A stretch of 64,000 nt of DNA from positions 2,126 to 66,125 of the forward strand of contig JAHEDI010000004.1 of NCBI GenBank assembly GCA_024641305.1, read 5' to 3'. Positions 55,706 to 64,000 of the stretch are shown in pieces. A program made the position numbers and the translations under genes. How positions within the stretch are numbered: position 1 is the stretch's first letter; each line of letters starts with the position of its first letter. This DNA comes from a bacterium. Its GTDB lineage: Bacteria > Actinomycetota > Acidimicrobiia > Spongiisociales > JAENVV01. The notes under the pieces are model-generated. The model saw only the letters and a list, made by a program, of their open reading frames with translations, had not been told where the DNA came from and did not search any database.

Positions 55706-56127
55706 GTTTCGTTCCCCTCAACAATGCCGGCGACAGCCCCGATCGATTCGAGATACCCGAACTGGCCCGCTAGGACCGCCCGGACGTCCTCCGGTTCAAA
55801 CGAGTTCACTTTTGTAAGAATGTAGCCAACCGATTCGTCCGTTGCACCCATCACGACAGACGCAGATCCGAGAGGTTTGCCTTTGACACTCTGTTGGAGC
55901 CCGAAAACCTGCCATTCGATAATTGACCGAACGCCATCTGGCGTAAGCCTGCTCTTCTGGCCACCATCGAACTGACTCCAAACCCACTCGACCGCGTCGT
56001 CAATGATGAACTCAGCCGGGTCACTCGACGACCTGGTTCGAATCTCTTGGAACAGCATCACACCGATGAGTACGAGAAACACCACTGCCAGCACGGCACC
56101 GAGCGCGATGGCAGTTGCCGAACTCAC
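55702..56127 (-). CDS. membrane-anchored hypothetical protein
   Basis: It has an N-terminal TM helix and then a soluble domain. It starts 4 nt after the ACAD stop. Confidence 0.5.
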   Translation of the reverse strand: MSSATAIALGAVLAVVFLVLIGVMLFQEIRTRSSSDPAEFIIDDAVEWVWSQFDGGQKSRLTPDGVRSIIEWQVFGLQQSVKGKPLGSASVVMGATDESVGYILTKVNSFEPEDVRAVLAGQFGYLESIGAVAGIVEGNET

Positions 56128-56130
56128 GCC

Positions 56131-57252
56131 TCATATTCCAATCTGGTCAGCCAGCAAGACCCGATGATATGACGGATCACCAAACAGCAACTCGGAACTC
56201 TTGGACCTCTTCAGATAGAGGTGGGCATCGTGTTCCCAGGTGAAGCCAATTCCTCCATGGATCTGAATGTTCTCGGCCGCTGCGGAGAAGTATTTCTCGG
56301 TACAATATGACTTCGCCAGAGGAGCAACGATGGGAAGCTCATCGTTATCCTCCGAAACAGCCCACGCCGCGTAATACGCCGCACTCTTGGCCGACTCCAC
56401 GCCTACGAGCATGTCCGCGCACTTGTGTTTGATCGCCTGAAACGAGCCGATCGGGCGCCCGAACTGAATTCTCACCTTGGCGTATTCCACCGCCATGTCG
56501 AGGACCTTCTGGGCTCCGCCGACCGATTCGACGGCCAGCGCTACCGCAGCAATCCGATACACCTCTTCCAGCGTTTCCCAACCGCCACCAACGGATCCCA
56601 AAACCGCTGCAGCTGGCGCCGTCACATCGGTGAAATTGATTTCGGCGAGTTTTCGAGTCTGATCCATCGAATCGACAACTTTGCGATCGATTCCGTCCAG
56701 GCCGGCATCGACCAAAAACAGAGTCACCCCTTGATCGGTTCTGGCAGCCACAACGAGCATGTCTGCCGTGTGACCGTCAATCACGAAACTCTTCATGCCC
56801 GACAGGCGAAATCCGTCCCCATCGGGGACGGCGAGCATCTCAATTCCCGCCTCGTCCCACCGTCCGGCAGGCTCGGTGACCGCCAGGCCCAGCCGTAGAG
56901 TCCCTTCGGAAACCGACGGAAGCACCGCCCGTTTCTGCTCCTCGGAACCGGCCAGCAGAACCGCGTTCGCTCCGAGTATCACCGTAGAGAGGAATGGAGC
57001 CGGGAGGAGCGTTCGACCCATTTCTTCAAGCAAGACCGTGGTTTCCAGGAAACTGAAGCCAGCTCCTCCATACGACTCAGGAATGGCCAACCCAAGCCAG
57101 CCCATGTCCGCCATGTCTGCCCAGATGCCGCCATCGAAGCCGGTCTCAGACGCCATTAGCTCGCGGACCGTGGCGGTCGGACATTTGTCGTCCAGGAACC
57201 GGCGAGCTGTCTCGCGGAGAAACTCTTGTTCTTCACTAAAGGCAAAGTTCAT
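56131..57252 (-). CDS. acyl-CoA dehydrogenase family protein
   Basis: The ACAD N-terminal, middle and C-terminal domain motifs are present, including a C-terminal QIHGGIGFTWEHD-type motif. Confidence 0.85.
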   Translation of the reverse strand: MNFAFSEEQEFLRETARRFLDDKCPTATVRELMASETGFDGGIWADMADMGWLGLAIPESYGGAGFSFLETTVLLEEMGRTLLPAPFLSTVILGANAVLLAGSEEQKRAVLPSVSEGTLRLGLAVTEPAGRWDEAGIEMLAVPDGDGFRLSGMKSFVIDGHTADMLVVAARTDQGVTLFLVDAGLDGIDRKVVDSMDQTRKLAEINFTDVTAPAAAVLGSVGGGWETLEEVYRIAAVALAVESVGGAQKVLDMAVEYAKVRIQFGRPIGSFQAIKHKCADMLVGVESAKSAAYYAAWAVSEDNDELPIVAPLAKSYCTEKYFSAAAENIQIHGGIGFTWEHDAHLYLKRSKSSELLFGDPSYHRVLLADQIGI

Positions 57253-57324
57253 GCAAACTCCTCGTCATCGGCACCCATGTTAACCATCGTTCACGGTGCG
57301 CACCGCCAGGTAGTCTCCCATTTC

Positions 57325-57924
57325 ATGTTGACGATTGATCTAGCTGCTGCCCAAATTCGTTCACTAAGTGTCGGCCCACTCGACAACAATGTCTACATAG
57401 TCAGCTGCAAAGCGACCGGTAAGGCAGCAATCGTCGACGCGGCCAACGAGCCAGACCGCATTCTGGCTGCCGCCGACAATGTCGATCCCCAGGTCATCCT
57501 GACCACTCATGGCCATGCTGACCACCTCGGGGCTGTCGCCGAAGTGACAGCTGCGCTGGGCATCCCCTTCCGACTGCACGAAGCCGACCGTGTCATCGCC
57601 GGCCGTTCGATTGACGAACCGTTACTCCCCGGCCTGATCACCGTAGGCGAGATCGGCATCGGCGCCATTCACACACCCGGTCACACACCCGGTTCGATGT
57701 GTTTTGTTCTAGATGGGGTCGTGCTGACCGGCGACACGCTGTTCCCTGGCGGTCCAGGAGCCACCAGATTCCCCTATTCGGACTTCGACCAGATCATGAA
57801 CAGCCTCAACACCCAGCTTTTTTCGAGACCCGACGAAACCCGGATCCTGCCGGGGCACGGTGCGCCAACCATGATCGGAACAGAGCGACCCCAACTCGCA
57901 GAATGGACGGCCCGACGTTGGTAA
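57325..57924 (+). CDS. MBL-fold metallo-hydrolase (glyoxalase II-like)
   Basis: It has THGHADH, TPGHTPG and a C-terminal His. The start is taken at the ATG at 57325 (MLTIDL). Confidence 0.8.
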   Translation: MLTIDLAAAQIRSLSVGPLDNNVYIVSCKATGKAAIVDAANEPDRILAAADNVDPQVILTTHGHADHLGAVAEVTAALGIPFRLHEADRVIAGRSIDEPLLPGLITVGEIGIGAIHTPGHTPGSMCFVLDGVVLTGDTLFPGGPGATRFPYSDFDQIMNSLNTQLFSRPDETRILPGHGAPTMIGTERPQLAEWTARRW

Positions 57925-57982
57925 AGACTCAAGAACGAGGCCAAATGCGACGATGAGGAAAGGTGATCAGGAGGCCTGACTG

Positions 57983-58654
57983 TTGTCAGCGGATGACAAC
58001 ATCGAAATAGAATTCCCGTCCCTCTCAAGGACGGTTCAGTCGAGGACTCCGCGCCCCGGGTCTGCCGCTGCCGATGCCTCTGACGGCCTGCCACCCGATG
58101 ATTCCACAGCCGATGACTTCGCCTGGTTGACGGCCATATTCGCCGACGACGACGAAACCACCGTCGAGGAACTGACCACCGTCGAGGACCGAGACGACGA
58201 CACCGACGACACCGCCTCGATCGGCGCCGGAGACCCATTGGTCGACGATGTCGAGGCGTTAGCCATCTCCCATAGGGGTCTTTTGGAGGACCCACTGGCT
58301 TCTGATGACACGCTCTTTCCATCCGACCGGATCGGGGACTCACCCGAGTACCTCGATCAGGTGGAACAGCCCGAGATCACCGCCTCCATGCTCCAAACAG
58401 ACGCCACCTTGGAAGTCGAGGACGACCCCGAAATCGACCGCTACCTCGAAGCCGACGAACCATCGTCGACCGACGACTCTTCTGGCCAGATATCCCACGG
58501 CACATCCACCACTATCACAACGCCGGGCGATCTCGTTCCCACCGGTTTGGCGGAACTCAAGAAAGCCAACGGATTCAGGGAGGAGATCCTCTCGACCTTT
58601 TCGCAGATGTATCGCAAATCAGCCCGTCCCGACGGAGACCGGACAGCTGGCTAA
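57983..58654 (+). CDS. highly acidic, low-complexity (Asp/Glu/Thr-rich) hypothetical protein
   Basis: It has strong GC3 codon bias despite the low complexity. There are runs of D/E/T (DDDETTVEELTTVEDRDDDTDDT). Confidence 0.55.
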   Translation: MSADDNIEIEFPSLSRTVQSRTPRPGSAAADASDGLPPDDSTADDFAWLTAIFADDDETTVEELTTVEDRDDDTDDTASIGAGDPLVDDVEALAISHRGLLEDPLASDDTLFPSDRIGDSPEYLDQVEQPEITASMLQTDATLEVEDDPEIDRYLEADEPSSTDDSSGQISHGTSTTITTPGDLVPTGLAELKKANGFREEILSTFSQMYRKSARPDGDRTAG

Positions 58655-58735
58655 CTAGTCATGCCACACTCAGACGGAATGGCCTCAGGCCGACCCGATT
58701 TCTGCCGATAACACCACATACAAGAGAAGACGTGC

Positions 58736-61303
58736 ATGGACCTAGCCACCAAAAAACTCACGGGCGTTCGATTCTCCGGTCAGCAGCAGGTGTGGATCCT
58801 GACGGCATTTATCGGTGTGGCCGCCGCTGCCATGGCATCTCAGGTCACGAGCTTCTCCACGTTGTTTCCGAACTCAAGGCAGATACCCTGGTACATCCTT
58901 ATCCCACTCGTGTATGCCGCGGAACTGACTGTCGTGCATCTCCGATTCCACCGGCACGCCCACTCATTCTCAATGAGCGAAGTGACGTTGGTGCTGGGAC
59001 TTTTCGCCAGCGCCCCCTGGGAAGTCATCGTGGCTCAGGTCGGGTTTGCCATGGCGCTGATGATCAACCGACGCCAGCCGCCGATGAAGTTGGCGTTCAA
59101 TCTTGCGCAGAACACGTTCGTCGTGATTCTGGCAGTTGTCGTCTTTCGATCAATAGCCGCCCTCGGCGATCCACTCGGTCTGGCCGGCTGGTTCGCCGCG
59201 ATCATCGCAACCCAAGCCACCGTTATCCTGGCCAACCTGCTGATCAATGGTGCCATCCACCTATCGGGTGGATCGATTGATCGCCGGGAACAGTTCGAGG
59301 TGTTGTACCTGACTGCTCTGGCAGCCTTAATGAACACTGCCCTCGCCCTGGTAGGAATTACCATATATTGGAGCGGCGGTTCCAACTCTGCCTGGCTAGC
59401 GATGGTGCCTCCGGTCGTTCTGTTCTTCGCCTATCGAGCCTATATCAGCCAGCGCCTTGAGCGATCCCGCCTGGAGTCGTTGTATCAGGCAACCAGGGTG
59501 CTCCACGAATCCCCCCAAATCGAGTCCGCCCTCGAATCAGCGGCGCTCTACGCACAAGACATGTTCGAAGCCGAAGTCGTTGAGATCATTCTGCTCCCCG
59601 AGGAAGGAAAGTCCGCCTACCTCACGGCCGTAGGACCCGACGACCGCCGGGTCGTTATGGAACCATTCGATCTGGGCTCGGGAGAGGCGCTGTTCCACAG
59701 TATCGCCGACAGCCCTGGCGCCATGCTGATCACCGATCCCACCGTCTTCGGCCGCGACGGTTGGCATCTGGACGACGGGGTGGCCGCGCCACTTTCAGGC
59801 GATCACGGAACGTTTGGCGTCATCATCGTCGCCAACCGAATCAACGATGTTTCTCAATTCGAAGAAAGCGACGTTCGGCTCCTTGAGACGTTCGCCAGCC
59901 AGGTTTCGGTTTCCCTCGAAAACGGTCGACTGGAAGATTCTCTGGCGCAACTGACCGACCTCAAAGAGGAGTTGAGGCACCAGGCACTCCACGACTCTCT
60001 CACCAAACTCGCCAATCGCACCCTGTTTTCCGAGGGCGTCGAAGCGGCCATAGCTCGCTGTGTCGATACCGACCAATTCATCGCCGTTATGTTCCTGGAC
60101 CTTGACGACTTCAAAACGGTAAATGACTCGCTCGGCCACGCGGCTGGCGACGACCTGTTGATCCAGGTGGCGAATCGTCTTAGGTCTTTCACAAGACCTG
60201 AAGACGTAGTCGCTCGTCTTGGCGGAGACGAGTTCGCAATCCTCCTCGAAGATCTCTCAGGCCCGATGGGTGCGACCGATGTTGCCGAGCGGATCATTCG
60301 AGGAATGACCATCCCATTCAACCTGGAAGGCAAAGAACTCAAGGTTCACACATCGATCGGCATAGCCTTCGGTGCTTCCATCGACCGGCCCGATCAAATC
60401 ATGCGCAACGCCGACGCGGCCATGTACGCAGCCAAACAGACCCGCAAGGGCACCTACCGCGTGTTTGAAGACGCAATGCACGCCGAGATGATCAGACGAC
60501 TGGAACTAAAAGCAGACCTGACAGAGGCGGTCGCCCGGGACGAGTTGGTGTTGCGATACCAACCGATCGTCGATCTGGCAACGGGACAGGTCACTGGCGT
60601 GGAGGCCCTGGTTCGCTGGCAGCATCCGACCAGAGGAATCGTCCCGCCCGCCCAGTTCATTCCTTTTGCCGAAGAGAGTGGTCTCATCGTCGCCATTGGG
60701 GCCTTCGTGCTTGAGCAAGCCGTTATCAAGGCTGTCGAGTGGCAGAACGCCCGACCGGACGAATTCCTGACCATGGCTGTGAATCTGTCACCCCGACAGC
60801 TGGCCGAAGTCGACATGGCGGCCATGATCCGCGAAACCATCACCCGACACGGGTTGGAGCCCCGCCGCCTCATCATTGAGATTACCGAAAACGTCGTCAT
60901 GCAAACAACGGTCAGCCTGCTCGACGACATCCGCGATCTGGGCGTCCGACTGGCTATCGATGACTTTGGGACCGGATACTCGTCGCTCGCCTATCTGGAT
61001 CGCCTCCCGATCGACATCATCAAGATCGACAAGAGTTTCACCGATAGGCTCAACCCCGACGAAGAGTCCCCGCTGGTTCGCACGGTATTACAGCTCGGAG
61101 ATGCCCTTGGTATCGACACCGTCGTCGAGGGTATCGAGACCGCCCATCAACTTCGTCGCCTGCAACAACTGGGTTGTGCCAAAGGTCAGGGTTACCTTCT
61201 CTCTCCACCTCTGGCCGCAGCCGAAGTCGAAGCTCTTCTCGGTGACAACTTGACCGGCACGTCGTTGACACATGGACCGACGAAACTGCGGATTGTTGGG
61301 TAG
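58736..61303 (+). CDS. membrane sensor, GAF, GGDEF, EAL protein (diguanylate cyclase/phosphodiesterase)
   Basis: It has about 8 N-terminal TM helices and a GAF-like region. The GGDEF domain has the RLGGDEF form (RLGGDEFAIL). The EAL domain has EALVRW, DDFGTGYSS and EGIET. Confidence 0.9.
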   Translation: MDLATKKLTGVRFSGQQQVWILTAFIGVAAAAMASQVTSFSTLFPNSRQIPWYILIPLVYAAELTVVHLRFHRHAHSFSMSEVTLVLGLFASAPWEVIVAQVGFAMALMINRRQPPMKLAFNLAQNTFVVILAVVVFRSIAALGDPLGLAGWFAAIIATQATVILANLLINGAIHLSGGSIDRREQFEVLYLTALAALMNTALALVGITIYWSGGSNSAWLAMVPPVVLFFAYRAYISQRLERSRLESLYQATRVLHESPQIESALESAALYAQDMFEAEVVEIILLPEEGKSAYLTAVGPDDRRVVMEPFDLGSGEALFHSIADSPGAMLITDPTVFGRDGWHLDDGVAAPLSGDHGTFGVIIVANRINDVSQFEESDVRLLETFASQVSVSLENGRLEDSLAQLTDLKEELRHQALHDSLTKLANRTLFSEGVEAAIARCVDTDQFIAVMFLDLDDFKTVNDSLGHAAGDDLLIQVANRLRSFTRPEDVVARLGGDEFAILLEDLSGPMGATDVAERIIRGMTIPFNLEGKELKVHTSIGIAFGASIDRPDQIMRNADAAMYAAKQTRKGTYRVFEDAMHAEMIRRLELKADLTEAVARDELVLRYQPIVDLATGQVTGVEALVRWQHPTRGIVPPAQFIPFAEESGLIVAIGAFVLEQAVIKAVEWQNARPDEFLTMAVNLSPRQLAEVDMAAMIRETITRHGLEPRRLIIEITENVVMQTTVSLLDDIRDLGVRLAIDDFGTGYSSLAYLDRLPIDIIKIDKSFTDRLNPDEESPLVRTVLQLGDALGIDTVVEGIETAHQLRRLQQLGCAKGQGYLLSPPLAAAEVEALLGDNLTGTSLTHGPTKLRIVG

Positions 61304-61374
61304 CCTCTGTTGACAAGCGGTGGGCTGGCGCGGGATCATGGGCACCGGCAGTACTATCGGAGGGGGATGTCAGG

Positions 61375-62643
61375 GTGCTGTTCCATGGCGAATTAGAGCT
61401 ATCCAACGACCCAGGGTCCCGATTGGTCGTCACGCTCACGATGGAGGCTGACGCCTTGTCGTTGGCGACCGGCGAAGAGAACCTCGGCACCTGGAACCGC
61501 CCGGACACGAAGGCTGTCGAGATCGCCCGCGGCAAATATGATCTGACGCTCGGTGACGAGACGCTCCTATTCACGCCCGAGAATGTACCCCTTTTCGCAT
61601 CCCGGGGCCTTCCCTTCTTTGACGAAGTCGACGAGCAAACCCCACCAGCGGGACTCCTTGCCAAAATCAAAAAGTGGGGTCTCAAACCGGCGGATTTTGC
61701 CACCCAACTCGGTCTGACCGAACCCCTTGTCTCCGTGGCCAATGCCGAGGCGACCACCGTCGGACCGCTCGCCGAGGCGACCGCCCGGAATGAAACTGGA
61801 ACGACCAGGGATAACGGCATCGACCAACTCGGACGATCTAGCCGAACCGCATCTGAATCGCCGGTCGAGAGCATCCCGACCGCCCCACATCGACCCGAAC
61901 CCGTGAAGCGATTGCCCGGGCCACCGGTTGCGACGTCCCTCGAGCCAACCATGCCATCTGAGGAACCCGACGACGTTCTCATGGGGAGTCGTCCCCGCCC
62001 GTCCGTCACCCGGCAGCCGACCCGCCTGCCGGTCATCCCAGTCACCGTGGATCCACTAGCTGATCGCGCCCCGTCGGCCATCACCGAACCGACGACAGTC
62101 GGCCGGCCAGCCCAGAGTTTTGGCCTCGAAAACCACGAGCCTGAAGCCCTCGCCGGGCCACTCACATCCAACGTCGCCGCACAAGACATTCGATCCACTG
62201 AACCAGGGACGGATCCGATATCCGAGCCACCCACAGGCGCCGCCCCAACTGTCAGACCGGTCATCCCCATCGAATTTGATTCGACCCGGATCGGAACCGT
62301 CGAGGCCGAACGTGTTCAAGTCGCCGCACCGTGGAGCGATCGGGCAATCGACCAGGACACCACCCTAAGCGAATCATTGGCACCGTCAACCCCGAGTCCC
62401 GCTTACGCCCTTCCCGGCCTGCCCGATCTGGCAAGTCTGCTCGCCCGCCTCGAAACAGCTGTGGATGATCTCCAGGCCGGCCGGATGGAACCCGCCAGAG
62501 GCCGGGCTATCGCCGATGTGGTGCGAGCCATGTGTCGAGCGGTCGAGGTCTCGGGCCATGGAGCTAAGGATTTAAATTCGATAGCCGATAAGCTTGACAA
62601 CGGTCAAGGGTTGGGCAACGACGTTAATGAGGATCACGAATGA
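61375..62643 (+). CDS. hypothetical protein with a Pro/Thr/Ser-rich central region
   Basis: It is a 422-aa ORF with codon bias. It overlaps the next gene by 4 nt. Confidence 0.5.
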   Translation: MLFHGELELSNDPGSRLVVTLTMEADALSLATGEENLGTWNRPDTKAVEIARGKYDLTLGDETLLFTPENVPLFASRGLPFFDEVDEQTPPAGLLAKIKKWGLKPADFATQLGLTEPLVSVANAEATTVGPLAEATARNETGTTRDNGIDQLGRSSRTASESPVESIPTAPHRPEPVKRLPGPPVATSLEPTMPSEEPDDVLMGSRPRPSVTRQPTRLPVIPVTVDPLADRAPSAITEPTTVGRPAQSFGLENHEPEALAGPLTSNVAAQDIRSTEPGTDPISEPPTGAAPTVRPVIPIEFDSTRIGTVEAERVQVAAPWSDRAIDQDTTLSESLAPSTPSPAYALPGLPDLASLLARLETAVDDLQAGRMEPARGRAIADVVRAMCRAVEVSGHGAKDLNSIADKLDNGQGLGNDVNEDHE

Positions 62644-63566
62644 GACATCCGGGCACTGTATTCGCAGCGGACGACACCAGAGGTATTAAGGGTGTCTTTG
62701 TGCTCGACGACGACTCAATCACGCTCGAAGTCAATCACGAACAGTGGGCCACCTGGCACGTATCGCTCATCTCCCTGTCTGAGATCGCCGGCAACGAGTA
62801 TCAGTTCGCACTCAACGGTGACCTGATTCGATTCATACCGGATCGGCGCCTCGACTTTGCCTACGGCGCAGTCCCCGCCCTGAGCAAAGCTCAGGAAGAT
62901 GCCACGAAGAGCTTTCGGGCCCGCCGGAAGACCAAGAAAGCCGTCCGCAACGTCCCTCCCCCTGGACGTCACGAACTGACCGCACCACACCCGCTCCAGG
63001 TCGCGTCGCCGCCTACGGAGCTCGCCGCGGCCCCCAACCCGACTCCTTCGGCACCAAAGCGCGCGCCACAGCCCACCGTCCCGGCGCCGGCAAAACCGGG
63101 CGCCGCGCCTTCCTCCATCACGGATCTCGTTGCATCGCGATCCACCTCGAAGCTTGCCGGTGAAAAATCGACACCTACCGACAAGCCGGTCGATCCGATC
63201 GACCCGTTCGACCCTCCCCCAGAAATTGCTATCCCTCCATCACCGTTTGAACCCCCGTCAACGGAGAACGGGGAACTGGTGATCGACCTACGAACTGCGG
63301 CTCATTTGCCAGAGGCCGTCGCCCCAATACCGGCCGGCGACAACAACCAGGCGGCTTCACCCCACGCCGGAGCCATCCAGGCCAACGGTAACAACCGGAG
63401 CCAGGTGGAGTCCAAACCCGAACACCGAAGCGGACTGCGGTTGCTGGACAGGGTCCGCCAACCCAAGGCCGAACATGTCCATGACTATGTGGTTAGTTCG
63501 AGTGGCGTCATGGTTCGACGAGTGTGCTCGACATGTAACCACGTCTCTATCGGCACTGCCGATTGA
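62640..63566 (+). CDS. hypothetical Pro-rich protein with a C-terminal CSTC motif
   Basis: It is a 308-aa ORF, translationally coupled to both neighbours. Confidence 0.5.
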   Translation: MRHPGTVFAADDTRGIKGVFVLDDDSITLEVNHEQWATWHVSLISLSEIAGNEYQFALNGDLIRFIPDRRLDFAYGAVPALSKAQEDATKSFRARRKTKKAVRNVPPPGRHELTAPHPLQVASPPTELAAAPNPTPSAPKRAPQPTVPAPAKPGAAPSSITDLVASRSTSKLAGEKSTPTDKPVDPIDPFDPPPEIAIPPSPFEPPSTENGELVIDLRTAAHLPEAVAPIPAGDNNQAASPHAGAIQANGNNRSQVESKPEHRSGLRLLDRVRQPKAEHVHDYVVSSSGVMVRRVCSTCNHVSIGTAD

Positions 63567-63904
63567 TCATTACCACCACCCCCACGGTCGAGACACACCA
63601 GATCGAGGAGTACCTGGGACTCGTAACAGGGGCGGCGATTCTCGGCGCCAACGTGTTCAAAGACTTCTTTGCGGGGATCACCGACGTGATCGGCGGGCGC
63701 TCGGCCAACTATGAGCGCGAGCTACTCAAGGCCAAAAACCTGGCGATCGAAGAGATGACCAGCGAAGCCTCACTTCTCGGCGCCGATGCGGTGGTTGGCG
63801 TAGATCTTGACTACGAGACGATCGGCGCGAATGGGTCGATGCTGATGGTGACGGCGTCGGGGACTGCCGTTCGCCTTGGCCCGCTATCCAGCGTCTCTCG
63901 CTAG
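63563..63904 (+). CDS. YbjQ / UPF0145 (DUF74) family protein
   Basis: It reads [10 protein letters not shown]...[12 protein letters not shown]...GGRS..YE.ELL, with a TTG start overlapping the previous stop. Confidence 0.8.
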   Translation: MIITTTPTVETHQIEEYLGLVTGAAILGANVFKDFFAGITDVIGGRSANYERELLKAKNLAIEEMTSEASLLGADAVVGVDLDYETIGANGSMLMVTASGTAVRLGPLSSVSR

Positions 63905-64000
63905 CACCAAAGTCAGTACCCGGTTTCCCTTCACAGATCGCCTCCTGACTAACCTACGGGCAACAGGAGACGAAGTTTGAACTTTGACTACCCAGCTCAT

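Noticed and set aside
55403-56127. Toxin-antitoxin pair interpretation of the membrane-protein / zinc-ribbon gene pair
   Set aside because: There are no recognisable toxin folds. The genes are coupled to the upstream acyl-CoA dehydrogenase gene, so they are more consistent with accessory membrane proteins.
1-64000. CRISPR arrays, insertion sequences, integrases, prophage genes
   Set aside because: I saw no regularly spaced direct repeats and no ORFs with transposase, integrase or phage hallmark motifs. The window reads as conserved core chromosome.

Overview
This is a 64 kb, high-GC, densely coding chromosomal segment. Gene content and gene order point to an actinobacterium: several blocks match well-known mycobacterial gene neighbourhoods (rph next to an Rv1339-like MBL-fold hydrolase; prfB-ftsE-ftsX-smpB-ssrA; secA-hpf-comF; manB next to fbiA/fbiB; birA-accD-accA next to lpdA). 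I can support about 63 protein-coding genes and one tmRNA gene (ssrA). I found no rRNA, no tRNA, no CRISPR array and no transposase or integrase.

Several of the computed ORFs needed correcting.
- rph is truncated by the window edge and is missing from the ORF track.
- prfB contains the classic programmed +1 frameshift, so the track shows only its downstream part.
- The long plus-strand ORF at 12077-12439 is an artefact lying over ssrA.
- Several ORFs carry spurious N-terminal extensions (pdxH, ettA, manB, accD).

The most interesting parts of the window are these.
- Two HD-GYP phosphodiesterase genes are each inserted into an otherwise conserved translation-factor gene array. One lies between smpB and ssrA. 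The other ends a translationally coupled four-gene unit, hpf, an orphan LuxR-type response regulator, a large HEAT-repeat protein and the HD-GYP gene, sitting directly upstream of secA.
- A membrane GAF-GGDEF-EAL protein elsewhere in the window completes a c-di-GMP gene set.
- A block of about 17 kb (25.4-42.4 kb) encodes cell-envelope glycan functions. Within it are a Gtr-type three-component module (polyprenyl-phosphate-sugar synthase, GtrA, large GT-C-like membrane protein) next to manB, a 917-aa fusion of a GT2 domain to a polytopic membrane domain followed by a secreted DUF5719-like protein, a cluster of four small Cys-rich proteins, and a UDP-xylose supply operon (ugd, uxs, GT2, epimerase) next to an LCP ligase.
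- The FtsEX genes are paired with a coiled-coil M23 peptidase whose active-site motifs look intact.
- Several palindromes and one leaderless promoter candidate sit in intergenic regions.
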